This document shows, piece after piece, positions 18,284-27,126 of a stretch of 61,462 bases of DNA. The notes under the pieces are model-generated. The model saw nothing but the letters and a program-made list of their open reading frames with translations. It was not told the origin of the DNA and made no database searches. Each line of letters begins with the position of its first letter. The first letter of the stretch is position 1. This stretch comes from a virus (lineage: Duplodnaviria; Caudoviricetes): positions 1 to 61,462 of the IMG/VR virus record IMGVR_UViG_3300017774_002380; one strand, given 5' to 3'. The position numbers and the translations under genes were made by a program.

Positions 18284-18895
18284 TTATGATCTATTGAGCA
18301 GGCCAGAGATTCGTCCGCCTTTTTTTTGAATAACAAATTCAATAAACGCTTCAACACGATTTGCAAAGTTATAAGTCTGATCCTGCGTTGTGCCAATCTT
18401 ATAATCGTAGTTTTTATCCACAAGCCTGCAAATGCAGACCGTATGCTCAGAAAAGTTTTCCTCAAGCCATTCTGGCAACTTTACATGATGCGGAGCAGGA
18501 CTTCCTTTCTGCCACATACTAAACGCAGCCTTATGATCTGGATTGTATCGGCTAGGCCAGACCATGCCCTCATACAGTTCCCAACTCGGAATGGTCACAA
18601 CTAAATACCCGTTAGGCTTTAAAACCTGAAGCCAGTTCTGCACGGCAACCTTCGGATCGTGCATATGCTCCAAACACTGGCTCGCATGGACATAATCAAA
18701 CCAATTGGACTCAAAATAATGATGCAGATTGTTCGCGTCTCCATCTCCCATGTCAAAGCCCCGTACCCCATCCACCGCAATCAAATCATCCCCTGATCCG
18801 ACATCAATTCCGCTTCCGCTGAATACTGTCTTCCAAAATTCAGACTCCTTCGGATCTTCAAACCTTCGGAGCATCGCTTTGCTGGATTCGCGCAT
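18284..18895 (-). CDS. Class I SAM-dependent methyltransferase
   Basis: GIDVGSG, FDYVHASQCLEH and VLKPNGYLVVTIP motifs. Confidence 0.9.
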   Translation of the reverse strand: MRESSKAMLRRFEDPKESEFWKTVFSGSGIDVGSGDDLIAVDGVRGFDMGDGDANNLHHYFESNWFDYVHASQCLEHMHDPKVAVQNWLQVLKPNGYLVVTIPSWELYEGMVWPSRYNPDHKAAFSMWQKGSPAPHHVKLPEWLEENFSEHTVCICRLVDKNYDYKIGTTQDQTYNFANRVEAFIEFVIQKKGGRISGLLNRS

Positions 18896-18908
18896 AACCG
18901 TTTGTACC

Positions 18909-20780
18909 TCACTCGCTAAAATCTACAAACTCCAAATTGTCAACGATTGTTTCTAGTTTCTTCTCAATCGACTCAGGTTTCGGCTCAGTCATTGTCGGTA
19001 CTGCCCCTCCCCTTTGCCGCATTAAATACACCAATAAAGACAGGGAGTCCAAGGCGTCAGGGCTGCTCTGCCTTGTCCGCTTAACGTAATCGGCCTTGCT
19101 TTCCACCCTGACCAATCCCTTCCCGTGTTGCTTATAGCGCCTAGATATCGACTGCTTCACCACATCGTCGTTCTGAAAACTCGGCGCTATTTTTAGGAAT
19201 TCAAACTCCACGTACTTGGACAATCCAAAGATCAGTTCGGTCACTACTCCGCTGTATAGCTCGTTTGCCTTTTGGCTGTCGTCGCCAAGAATTCGGGTTT
19301 CCGTAGCGGCCCAACTGTAGTTGACCCCCATCACTTCCGATCCAAAAAGGCTGCATAAGGAATCGTGAATGCCAGCACCGTTACCTGTCCTGTCCACACA
19401 TAGCCAGTTCGGGCTGATCCGCATCAACTTGCAGAACTTTATAATCGCTGCCGCCTGCTCCAGTGTCGCCTTCTTCGGAAAGCTGATCTGCCCGTCCAAC
19501 TGAAGGACGATCTTCGGCTTCTTGAAGTCAATGAACTTCCCGTCCCTCGGCGTCCACCCATCGCAAAGCCCAAAGCGCCCATGCGAACACAGCACCTGAT
19601 CGTTCCCCTCCAAGGCCAAGTCAAATGCCGCCAATGGCACTACTGGCCCAATGAATCGCACGTTTCCAATGGCATTGTCCATCATGGCAGGCGTTATGAT
19701 CGCCATCGCTATGCCGTCCTGCGGGAAGAAGCCGCGAGCCATCGTGTAGTACTCCGCCGTCTTGCCCCTCGCCTCGTAGGCCATGTAGCCCTCGTAGGTC
19801 TGGAACCCGGGGAACACTACCCGCTTCTCTATCACGTTCTCACACCTAGCCGCATCCAATCGCAAGATGTGCCACCCATCCCTGCTCTCCCACTCAAAGT
19901 CCTCCTCACAGTCCGCAGTAAGCCATCCTCCTGCTGGCTCGCATCGCTTGCCAAACTCGCTCATCCGATCCTTCGGGTTCGACGCTCCGAAAATCTTAAT
20001 GCGTCCTTTTGCGCCCTCCGTGTCAGCCGCTGACAGAATGTTCTGCAAGCCTTCCCATACGCCTGCAGGAACTTCCTCAGCTTCGTCCAGCACAACATGG
20101 GTTCGGCTCATAAGCCCCCATTTCGGATGCGGTTTCCCTGCTCTCGGCGCTGGATGGAATCCCCTCAGCGTTCCCGTCCCGCTATCACCTCTCGGCACTG
20201 CCACCAGATGAATCCCGTTCTTGTCATCGTCATTCGCCTGAATCGACTTAACCAGTTCTTCGCCGCCCTCATACTCTGGCTTCACTAGCGCCGTTCTATA
20301 AAACGTCTTAATCGCTGCAAATACGTTCCGCTGTGCGTGAGCCTCAGTCAGCGAAACCACTTTAATACAGGTGTAATAAGGATCGCGCATCCAATCCAAT
20401 AGGAACCATGCCGCCGCATTGAATGTCTTGCCCATCGCGCCTGCTCCCTGAATCAACAGCTTGTCATGCTCAAACAAGCAGCGCCAAGTATCCTTCGCTG
20501 ATTGCGGACGCCAATCGTAAACCACGCTGCCCCACAAGATCGTTGCCGCTGCTTCAAACTGATCCTTATCCAACAAGTCCTGAACAAACTGCAGCACTAT
20601 CGACTTCGCCATCGCTTCATCAATCGACTTCGGCATATTGTAGCCAACCGTTGCATTCTTCAGGATATGCGCTGCTGCATATAATACGCCTTTTAATTCA
20701 TCGCGCTCCGCTTCTGCACGAATCTCCTTCGCCAACTTCAGAGCCATGTTGAGGCTCTTCCTGATCTTAGTTCTTTGCAT
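18909..20780 (-). CDS. terL: Terminase large subunit
   Basis: Walker A GAGAMGKT, Walker B VVLDEAEE, coupling motif ASNP, and RNase H-like acidic residues (AFDLALEGND, VDRTGNG, SPDALDS). Confidence 0.92.
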   Translation of the reverse strand: MQRTKIRKSLNMALKLAKEIRAEAERDELKGVLYAAAHILKNATVGYNMPKSIDEAMAKSIVLQFVQDLLDKDQFEAAATILWGSVVYDWRPQSAKDTWRCLFEHDKLLIQGAGAMGKTFNAAAWFLLDWMRDPYYTCIKVVSLTEAHAQRNVFAAIKTFYRTALVKPEYEGGEELVKSIQANDDDKNGIHLVAVPRGDSGTGTLRGFHPAPRAGKPHPKWGLMSRTHVVLDEAEEVPAGVWEGLQNILSAADTEGAKGRIKIFGASNPKDRMSEFGKRCEPAGGWLTADCEEDFEWESRDGWHILRLDAARCENVIEKRVVFPGFQTYEGYMAYEARGKTAEYYTMARGFFPQDGIAMAIITPAMMDNAIGNVRFIGPVVPLAAFDLALEGNDQVLCSHGRFGLCDGWTPRDGKFIDFKKPKIVLQLDGQISFPKKATLEQAAAIIKFCKLMRISPNWLCVDRTGNGAGIHDSLCSLFGSEVMGVNYSWAATETRILGDDSQKANELYSGVVTELIFGLSKYVEFEFLKIAPSFQNDDVVKQSISRRYKQHGKGLVRVESKADYVKRTRQSSPDALDSLSLLVYLMRQRGGAVPTMTEPKPESIEKKLETIVDNLEFVDFSE

Positions 20781-21232
20781 CAAGCATAAGCCAGATTAAT
20801 CGCAAGTTCTCCTGCAGCTACAGCCGTATTGTCTGAGTCTGCATAGTTCGCCGTCATGCGATAAGATAACCCTTCGCTCAAAAATAAAGGAATGGAAGGA
20901 ACGATAGCAGTGGTTTGGTTATTATGAACAACCAACGTCAGAATAGGAGTGTCTGAAGCTGTCGGAGTTGTTGCCTTGTTGTAGATTTTTACAAACTTAT
21001 TGTCGACGCCACCGCCACTAATATGGAAAACCGTGATCAACCCAATTGAAGCAGGCGCTGACTTCAAGACTGTGGCATTTGTAGATGCCGCAGACAGCGC
21101 GTGATGAAATAGCCCATATCCACTGGCATCAGATGCCTGCAACGTAACTGGAAAGCCATCAACAAGACATTCCAAAACAGACTGCCTGAATTTTGCTGTA
21201 GAAAGATTACTCTGAATATCGATGGTTGACAT
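20780..21232 (-). CDS. Hypothetical beta-rich protein (possibly virion)
   Basis: 150 aa from MSTIDIQ, TGATG overlap with terL. Confidence 0.65.
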   Translation of the reverse strand: MSTIDIQSNLSTAKFRQSVLECLVDGFPVTLQASDASGYGLFHHALSAASTNATVLKSAPASIGLITVFHISGGGVDNKFVKIYNKATTPTASDTPILTLVVHNNQTTAIVPSIPLFLSEGLSYRMTANYADSDNTAVAAGELAINLAYA

Positions 21233-21280
21233 AATCGAAAAACCTATCAACCGATTCGCTTAGCGCAAGACTTATCAGCT

Positions 21281-21583
21281 TTAATTTTTCCCGTTGAGCA
21301 ACACTGGCTCAAGTATCCAATCTAAATAAGCAGGCGTTTGTTCCCCTGAATAACATCCTTCAATGTTAAACTCAAAGAACTCTTCGGCCTCATCTTCGCT
21401 CATGCCCCGCTTCATAAGTATCTTTATACACTTCTCGCGATGGTAAATCGCAACGGGATTTCCGCACTGCCTTGCTATCCCAACGAAAGCCTCTTCAAAC
21501 CCGTCAGCCAACATGATCGGCTCGTCCACGTCCATCAGTTCCTTGAGCTTCTTCAGAAGCTGCTTCTTTGTCCTGCAATTCAT
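21281..21583 (-). CDS. Conserved phage hypothetical protein
   Basis: LADGFEEAFVGI...MSEDEAEEFFEFNIEGCYSGEQTP pattern familiar from environmental phages. Confidence 0.8.
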   Translation of the reverse strand: MNCRTKKQLLKKLKELMDVDEPIMLADGFEEAFVGIARQCGNPVAIYHREKCIKILMKRGMSEDEAEEFFEFNIEGCYSGEQTPAYLDWILEPVLLNGKN

Positions 21584-21656
21584 ACTGCGTTTAATACAAG
21601 TTTCGTTGTGTATACTAAAGCGTCATTCTGTTTATACAACGCTAGTACCTGATCAA

Positions 21657-21845
21657 TCAGCGCGATGATGGCACAGCTTGATCGCACAGCGGACAAAGCG
21701 AAAGGTTCGGCTCTGGCTTCTTGGCGCGATAACCATCAACCGTTCTGGCTGCAATTGCCAAAAGCGCACAGCAGGCAACCATGCCAATCAGAAACATAAT
21801 AGGCGTTATTGTCGGCCCTCTCATGTTAATTAACTTGCTTTTCAT
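21657..21845 (-). CDS. Small membrane protein with C-terminal CxxC
   Basis: TM segment IMFLIGMVACCALLAIAA and CPLC. Start uncertain. Confidence 0.55.
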   Translation of the reverse strand: MKSKLINMRGPTITPIMFLIGMVACCALLAIAARTVDGYRAKKPEPNLSLCPLCDQAVPSSR

Positions 21846-22116
21846 TGCCGTCCTCCTTGTTTGCACTGACCTTCCACCATTTGCCTGCGGGACAATACTC
21901 TGTTGCCATCGCTGCTTTGATCTCCATGTTGCAGCCGCAGACGTTGCACTTGCCCATGCCTCTGTAACCTGTCTGGTCAAAGTCCTTGCAGCCTCGGCAG
22001 AAGTCCAAGCGCTTCTCTATGTCTTCGACTGAGGCGCGAGGCATCCCTGCAGCGACGAACACAGCGGCAGACCTGAAGAAGTTCTTCGCCATCTGTGCTA
22101 TGCTTGGTGTGCTCAT
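21826..22116 (-). CDS. Cys-rich metal-binding hypothetical protein
   Basis: 96 aa from MSTPSI. RLDFCRGC, KCNVCGC and CPAGKW. Confidence 0.75.
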   Translation of the reverse strand: MSTPSIAQMAKNFFRSAAVFVAAGMPRASVEDIEKRLDFCRGCKDFDQTGYRGMGKCNVCGCNMEIKAAMATEYCPAGKWWKVSANKEDGNEKQVN

Positions 22117-22159
22117 TGTCCCTTTATCCTCAGGCAAGTGCCATCTGTGTCCAATACGC

Positions 22160-22525
22160 TCATTTGACGTAATAGGCTGACGTTGGCGGATGATAGATCG
22201 ACCTTGATCGTAGAGCTTGCTCAGCAACCTGTGTCGGATTGTTTGTGAACGCTCGCGTCCTGTAGCTGCCCCAATTATCGTAGCTCCAAAGCTGGTTTTT
22301 CCCTGACGGGTAGAGATAGACGCAGAATGCATGGCCTTGAGGCTTCGGATCATTCCACGTTGTGACCAGCACCTCGCTCCAGACGTTGTGCTTCCTCAGC
22401 CCTTCTCGGAAGGCGATAGCCGTTGGCAGGCAAGCGTTGATCTCTTTCTCCATCCAAGCCTCAGGGTTTTTCGGTGTGCTGACGCATGACGTGAGCAGCA
22501 ACATAAGCAGCAGTATGGGTTTCAT
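22160..22525 (-). CDS. Lipoprotein with a putative Cys-His-Asp (transglutaminase/papain-like) triad
   Basis: Lipobox LTSC, then NACLP, GHAFC and WSYD. Confidence 0.65.
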   Translation of the reverse strand: MKPILLLMLLLTSCVSTPKNPEAWMEKEINACLPTAIAFREGLRKHNVWSEVLVTTWNDPKPQGHAFCVYLYPSGKNQLWSYDNWGSYRTRAFTNNPTQVAEQALRSRSIYHPPTSAYYVK

Positions 22526-22794
22526 TTGACAGTCTCCTTGACCAGCAGATCCTTTGAGTTGAGCCTAGCTTCAGTCTCCTTGCGCTCCCTGATCGCTTCC
22601 GTCATGGCGTCCATAGCGCTCTGCGTCTTGCGCTTGTGCCATTCCAGCATCCGCTTGGCTTCGTTCAGTTCTCGGAACACGTCATTGCGCTGAGCTTCCA
22701 TGCGCTTTGCATGAGTAGTCAATGCAGCGAACTCAACGTCCCACTCATCGTTAAGACCCTTTATAAACGCATCTGTTTCAGGTGTATCGCTCAC
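22522..22794 (-). CDS. Coiled-coil hypothetical protein (MSDTPETDA type)
   Basis: 90 aa, ATGA overlaps. Confidence 0.75.
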   Translation of the reverse strand: MSDTPETDAFIKGLNDEWDVEFAALTTHAKRMEAQRNDVFRELNEAKRMLEWHKRKTQSAMDAMTEAIRERKETEARLNSKDLLVKETVK

Positions 22795-23111
22795 AGGCGC
22801 TCCTCCTTCTCAAGAAGCCTCTGGTACATATCTGCAGCCTTCTCAAACTGCGTCCAGCTTTCTTCGGCGCGTTTGCCAGCGACATGGAAGAACGTATGGC
22901 AGCAGGCCATCGCGTCCTTGAGCCTGAGCTTCAGATCGTAGATCTCCAGCGTCAGGGCTAGTTCTCTGTCGGCGGATCGCTCTAAGGCGTCCTGCAGCTT
23001 GGAAAGAGGTGAGCCAGCACTGGTTGGCGAACGCCTCAGTCCCCCAACCTCAGCGTTTTGTTTATTACCAGTGCTGGCTCGTTTGTGCTTGATATTCATG
23101 GATTTATCCAT
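22791..23111 (-). CDS. Hypothetical protein (start uncertain)
   Basis: Helical C-terminal half, and the stop overlaps the next start. Confidence 0.55.
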   Translation of the reverse strand: MDKSMNIKHKRASTGNKQNAEVGGLRRSPTSAGSPLSKLQDALERSADRELALTLEIYDLKLRLKDAMACCHTFFHVAGKRAEESWTQFEKAADMYQRLLEKEERL

Positions 23112-23181
23112 ATGGGGTATTAATCGATAAGTGATTATATTTGCCTATACATGACTGATCTTGTATTGTGTTATAGCGAGC

Positions 23182-23394
23182 CTATCTCCGTAAGCCCTTG
23201 GTTTTGTGCTTGTTGCAAGCCTCCATGTACGTTCTCAAGTTTATCAAATCGCGCTCAGCCTGCTCCCTGCCCTCAGGGGTATCGGGGTAGGTGCTCTCAA
23301 AGCGAGGCATGGGTAGCCCCTTAGATAGCCTAGCCCCCACGGGGCCATATGGGGTGCATATCGTCAGGCGGATGGTTAACTCAGGGCTACTCAT
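23182..23394 (-). CDS. Hypothetical protein
   Basis: 70 aa overlapping the terS stop. Confidence 0.6.
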   Translation of the reverse strand: MSSPELTIRLTICTPYGPVGARLSKGLPMPRFESTYPDTPEGREQAERDLINLRTYMEACNKHKTKGLRR

Positions 23395-23863
23395 GTTCTC
23401 TGTCCTCTAGCTGTACAAAGTCGCCATCGATGACTTCCGCCTCGACTAGCTCAGGGTGCTCGTTGCGGCTAGGCGTGTTGAACGTCAGCGTCAATTTCTG
23501 CTCGCCTGTGTGCTCATGCTCAATGCGATCACCGTAGCGCTTCGGGGCCAGCTTGCTGGATACCCATTTTAGAGCGTCTACGCGAAGCCGTCCGATCTGT
23601 GCGTCATGCGAGTTGAATGCCTCATCGATGATCATGTCGAAGTACGTGTCTGCCTGCTCGTCCCGCGCCTGCGTGTATTGGGTGCGAAACTCAGGGTACT
23701 TTTTAAGCCAACGGAGGACAGTTACCTTGTCAGGGAAGTCATCGTCACGGCAGATGGCGCGTAGTGATTCACCGAGGGAGATGCGCTCACAAATGACGTT
23801 GGCGATGTATTCGGAGTACGTAGAGGGTCTTCCGATAGGCTTTGCCAATTGTTTCTTACTCAT
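23387..23863 (-). CDS. terS: Terminase small subunit
   Basis: GRPSTYS..IANVICERISLGESLRAIC...TVLRWL...RLRVDALKW..SKLAPKRYGD, a Sf6-like terS signature. Confidence 0.9.
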   Translation of the reverse strand: MSKKQLAKPIGRPSTYSEYIANVICERISLGESLRAICRDDDFPDKVTVLRWLKKYPEFRTQYTQARDEQADTYFDMIIDEAFNSHDAQIGRLRVDALKWVSSKLAPKRYGDRIEHEHTGEQKLTLTFNTPSRNEHPELVEAEVIDGDFVQLEDREHE

Positions 23864-23881
23864 GGGGTTGTGACTACAATA

Positions 23882-23909
23882 TTGACAGGTTATGCGACGA
23901 TGGTATAAT
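23882..23909 (+). promoter_or_regulatory. Consensus sigma70-type promoter, antisense to all genes
   Basis: TTGACA (23882-87), 16 bp, then TATAAT (23904-09) with an extended -10 TG, in an intergenic gap. Confidence 0.65.
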
Positions 23910-23942
23910 CAAGCAGATGTGTGAGTGGGAGGCGATGATTTT

Positions 23943-24323
23943 TTACGAGCGGATGTCGATGATGGTTTCTTCTTCCAAGCGCGTTTTGACTTTTTCTTGT
24001 ACGAATTGGAGTTCGATGCTTTCTGGATCATCATTCGCGATGAGTTTGGCATACCTGAGTTGATCGATGAGAGGTTTGCAGCCTCCTGCAAAATTGTCCA
24101 AGTCGAGGACATGGCACGATTTCCTCGTAATGCACACGATAGCGCGAGTGCGGCCTTTTTCTTTTCTTTGAGGAGGTGGCTCCAGTGTTTCCCTAGGAGT
24201 TGGTTGAGAGATGGAGTTAGGTAGTGGGGCAGAATTATGCGGATGTGCGGCGGTAGTCGGACGGGAATACGATCCATCAGGGAGTTCGGAGTAGCCGAGT
24301 TTGCGGAGGTCATCGAATGTCAT
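23943..24323 (-). CDS. RusA-like Holliday junction resolvase (short)
   Basis: LDLDNFAGGCKPLIDQLRYAKLIANDD matches the RusA DxDN...K...D...DD pattern. Confidence 0.7.
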   Translation of the reverse strand: MTFDDLRKLGYSELPDGSYSRPTTAAHPHNSAPLPNSISQPTPRETLEPPPQRKEKGRTRAIVCITRKSCHVLDLDNFAGGCKPLIDQLRYAKLIANDDPESIELQFVQEKVKTRLEEETIIDIRS

Positions 24324-24332
24324 GTATGTGAG

Positions 24333-24758
24333 TTAGAGTGTCTTTCTGAAATATATAGATCCACCACCGCCCCACGGGGTTTCGGGGCGATACGTTTTGT
24401 AGCCGCAGGAGATGAGAGAGTTGATGGAGGGAGGATTCCACGGGACGCAGTAGGTCACTAGTTGGGTTAGGCCCATGCGTCTTGCTTGGCGTTCACGCAC
24501 GGAGATCAGGCGCTTTTGTAATCCTTTGCCGCGATGTTGTGGAATTACGCCAACGCGACATAGGAAGCCAAGGCCAGTGTTGCAGGCGTTCTGGCATGGG
24601 CGCAATCCTGCGTAGGCTACTGCTTGTTTGCCTCGCCATACGATCCACCAGATGGAGTCTGCCAGATCGATGCGATGATCTGTTGGAAAGCAGATTTCGT
24701 CTAGCGGCAGGACGGCTATGGGAGCCTTTTCCATGCGGATGTTGTACGTACAAGCCAT
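24333..24758 (-). CDS. GNAT-family acetyltransferase
   Basis: VGVIPQHRGKGLQKRLI acetyl-CoA motif A and NPPSINSLISCGY. Confidence 0.88.
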   Translation of the reverse strand: MACTYNIRMEKAPIAVLPLDEICFPTDHRIDLADSIWWIVWRGKQAVAYAGLRPCQNACNTGLGFLCRVGVIPQHRGKGLQKRLISVRERQARRMGLTQLVTYCVPWNPPSINSLISCGYKTYRPETPWGGGGSIYFRKTL

Positions 24759-24759
24759 G

Positions 24760-25635
24760 CTACTTTTGTTTTGTCAGGCGCATACCATAATCGTTCACAG
24801 CGCCAGAGCGAACATATTGTGAGTAGTGGGGTACGCGATTGAGTTTGTTTCGTTTGAATCTTTTGTAATCGACATGGTGATGCAGGCGATTGAAGCGCCA
24901 AGTAATTTCGGAGACATCAGGGTGCAGGGCTTTGAGCATTTCGGACTTCGGGCCTGTGCCTTCATGCGCGTAGAAAGCGTCCGTGTTGCCGCCCTTGAGG
25001 GTTTGGGTTGTGGCTTTCTCTTGGAGGAAGGCATTGAACTGACAAGTCACGTAACCGTCTTTGAGTGCGCGAAGGGAGAGGTCAGTGTCCTCGTTATAAC
25101 GTCCTCGCCAGCGGTACGGCAGTGCGTTGTCTATGAGCAGGCAGGAGTATATGCGTGTATTTAGGACGAATGCGGGGAGGGGTTCCTTAGCCTTGGCGAA
25201 GAAATCGTAGTTGAAGCCAGCGATGGCGAGGTTGGTGTAGCGGTCTGTGAAGTCCTCAGCGGCAGCGAAGATGGCTCCATTGGTTACCTTGACCATGAGG
25301 TTGCGGTTGAGGCGATTGAAGGAGGCGATGTTATCGTCCATTACCCAATGGCGTTGATAGCCATAGAGACAGGAGATGTCCCAAGCGAAATTCCGTGCAG
25401 GGCCGGGGCCAAGCGGTTTGGCGCGTCCATGCTCATCGCACGGCTCATACCGTTCATGGTACTGCGGCGGCAGCGTCAGGATCTTATCAGGGTGTATAAC
25501 CTTCGCGTACAAATCGTACTCATCAGGCTCCACTATGATGTGGTAAGGGACGCTGATCGACTCCAGCGCCTTGCTCGTCAGGCGAGAGTCAGCGCGTCCT
25601 TTTGATACTATATAGATAGGATAGCGCGGGTTCAT
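24760..25635 (-). CDS. TET-associated glycosyltransferase (TAGT/GREB1-like)
   Basis: PIYIVSKGR, ARNFAWD, HWVMDDNI, NTRIYSCLLI, WRGRYNEDTDLSLR and KGGNT motifs. Confidence 0.8.
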   Translation of the reverse strand: MNPRYPIYIVSKGRADSRLTSKALESISVPYHIIVEPDEYDLYAKVIHPDKILTLPPQYHERYEPCDEHGRAKPLGPGPARNFAWDISCLYGYQRHWVMDDNIASFNRLNRNLMVKVTNGAIFAAAEDFTDRYTNLAIAGFNYDFFAKAKEPLPAFVLNTRIYSCLLIDNALPYRWRGRYNEDTDLSLRALKDGYVTCQFNAFLQEKATTQTLKGGNTDAFYAHEGTGPKSEMLKALHPDVSEITWRFNRLHHHVDYKRFKRNKLNRVPHYSQYVRSGAVNDYGMRLTKQK

Positions 25636-25638
25636 GCT

Positions 25639-25818
25639 TCACTGGTCTGTTTCGTTGAGCATTTGCAGCGTGAAACAATTCCTGCAGAGCCTTTGTTTCC
25701 TGATGTAGTATCCTACTTCATATCCAAACTTGTTTGACTCGACGGTTTTGCATTTGGGGCAAGTGAACTTGTTATAGCACAGGATTTGTTTGATTAATTG
25801 ATGTATGTGTTGGCGCAT
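25639..25818 (-). CDS. Small zinc-ribbon protein
   Basis: 59 aa from MRQHIH, with CPKC...CRNC. Confidence 0.6.
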   Translation of the reverse strand: MRQHIHQLIKQILCYNKFTCPKCKTVESNKFGYEVGYYIRKQRLCRNCFTLQMLNETDQ

Positions 25819-25822
25819 ATAT

Positions 25823-26089
25823 TTATTCTTTTGAGTTTGTGTATCTGAGATGTGATGCACGGCGGTGCTCCATTGCAGGAAACCACAGTGCGCGTTGCTT
25901 GGGGGTGATGGGCTGGCCCATACGGCGCGAGAATTCCTTAACGTCTTCCTCATTGCGGAAGCGCACGTTGATCACGCGATAGGGGCGGAGATCCTCCATG
26001 ACGAATTCAGGCATATCCTGCCATTCTTCCTGCCATAGAGACGGGACATCAAGGAGTGTGGGGTTTTGCTTTGGGCTGAGCTTTTTCAT
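25823..26089 (-). CDS. Small protein, likely partner of the TAGT
   Basis: EWQDMPEF...VRFRNEEDVKEF...Q.IT...LWFP. I recall this pattern upstream of phage TAGT genes. Confidence 0.7.
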   Translation of the reverse strand: MKKLSPKQNPTLLDVPSLWQEEWQDMPEFVMEDLRPYRVINVRFRNEEDVKEFSRRMGQPITPKQRALWFPAMEHRRASHLRYTNSKE

Positions 26090-26225
26090 CGATGATGAGG
26101 GGGGTTGATTCCTTGCAGAATTCGTCATAGGCAAGTTCGGCAGCGAGGTCACAGGGATTGCAATTGCCGTAGAGCTTGCCGTGAATGCAGTACTCTGACG
26201 TTGGGATTGGTTCTTTATCACTCAT
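26049..26225 (-). CDS. Small Cys/His protein (58 aa)
   Basis: Read by hand: MSDKEPIPTSEYCIHGKLYGNCNPCDLAAELAYDEF... Confidence 0.55.
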   Translation of the reverse strand: MSDKEPIPTSEYCIHGKLYGNCNPCDLAAELAYDEFCKESTPLIIDEKAQPKAKPHTP

Positions 26226-26243
26226 TATAGTTCGATTCGGTTG

Positions 26244-26299
26244 GTATAAGCAGCAGCGCCTACGCAGTCACTTGCTGTTTCAGCGCTGCTGCTCCATAC
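26244..26299 (-). other. Intergenic stem-loop downstream of ssb
   Basis: Perfect 11-bp inverted repeat AGCAGCAGCGC / GCGCTGCTGCT (26249-59, 26283-93). Confidence 0.7.
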
Positions 26300-26314
26300 A
26301 TACCAAATTAGCTT

Positions 26315-26836
26315 CTAGAACGGAATGTCATCGTCAGCTAGTTCCTCTTCTTGCGTAGGCTTGGAGGACATGGCTTTGGCTTTCGCGTCTGCTTGCTTGC
26401 TGACAGGTGGAGCGATGGAAGTGCTCTCTCCCTTATCCTCAGCCTTCATGCGAGCGAGCAGACGGTCAGCGACTTCAGCCTTAGCCTTGTTGGTCAGGCT
26501 GTTGAGCCACTTGGCCCTGATCATCGTCTTGCCGTTGTACTCCTCTTCCTCAGTCACGATGATGACTTCAATGCCTGAGAACGTGTCGAGTTGATCCCAA
26601 TCACCGTCCCAATCGAATGCCCTGATGAGCGTTTCGACGGTGCGGGGCTTGGCCTTCTCGCTGAGGTAACCGCGCCAGACGATTTCCTTATGCTGTTGCT
26701 CGCCTGCTTCCGTGACGATGCACGGGATGCGGATGAATGGTGTGCCGCCCTGCGTTTCGTCCAGCCATCCATTGGGAGGACGTTTGACGGTGCAGAGGAA
26801 GCTGCCTACTTGATCGATGTATTTATTGTCGTTCAT
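26315..26836 (-). CDS. Single-stranded DNA-binding protein (OB-fold-like)
   Basis: Acidic C-terminal tail DDDIPF, and EEEEYNGK beta-hairpin. Confidence 0.75.
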   Translation of the reverse strand: MNDNKYIDQVGSFLCTVKRPPNGWLDETQGGTPFIRIPCIVTEAGEQQHKEIVWRGYLSEKAKPRTVETLIRAFDWDGDWDQLDTFSGIEVIIVTEEEEYNGKTMIRAKWLNSLTNKAKAEVADRLLARMKAEDKGESTSIAPPVSKQADAKAKAMSSKPTQEEELADDDIPF

Positions 26837-26844
26837 ATCGTTTG

Positions 26845-27126
26845 TTATTCTTCAATCTGATTGCTGTCTTGTGCCGCGACAGGTTCTGCAACGGCATCGG
26901 GTTTCGGAACGTGGGTTGTTGATGTGCGGAAGACGTGACCCGGGGGCCAATCGTGCGTGTTCAGCAGCGATGCGATCTTTGCCATTTCGCTTTCGATGTA
27001 CTTGTACCAAGCATGGCACTGTTCGTGTTCCATCTTGAGTTCACCTTTGAATTCTTCAGGTTTCGTCCTGCGTTTCGCAGTCTTCACCATGAAGATGAGT
27101 TTGCTAGGTTTCGGTTGCTTGGGCAT
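26845..27126 (-). CDS. Hypothetical protein
   Basis: 93 aa in the operon. Confidence 0.65.
   Translation of the reverse strand: MPKQPKPSKLIFMVKTAKRRTKPEEFKGELKMEHEQCHAWYKYIESEMAKIASLLNTHDWPPGHVFRTSTTHVPKPDAVAEPVAAQDSNQIEE

Noticed and set aside
22113-22163. 16-codon mini-ORF (MSVLDTDGTCLRIKGQ) with ATGA overlaps at both ends
   Set aside because: Too short to support. It may be a coupling spacer or a gene remnant.
23909-24313. 134-aa alternative minus-strand ORF overlapping the RusA-like gene
   Set aside because: The 23943..24323 frame carries the catalytic motif and the ATAC start context. This frame was not called, although its LTPSLNQLLGKHW segment could hint at an ancestral frameshifted N-terminus.
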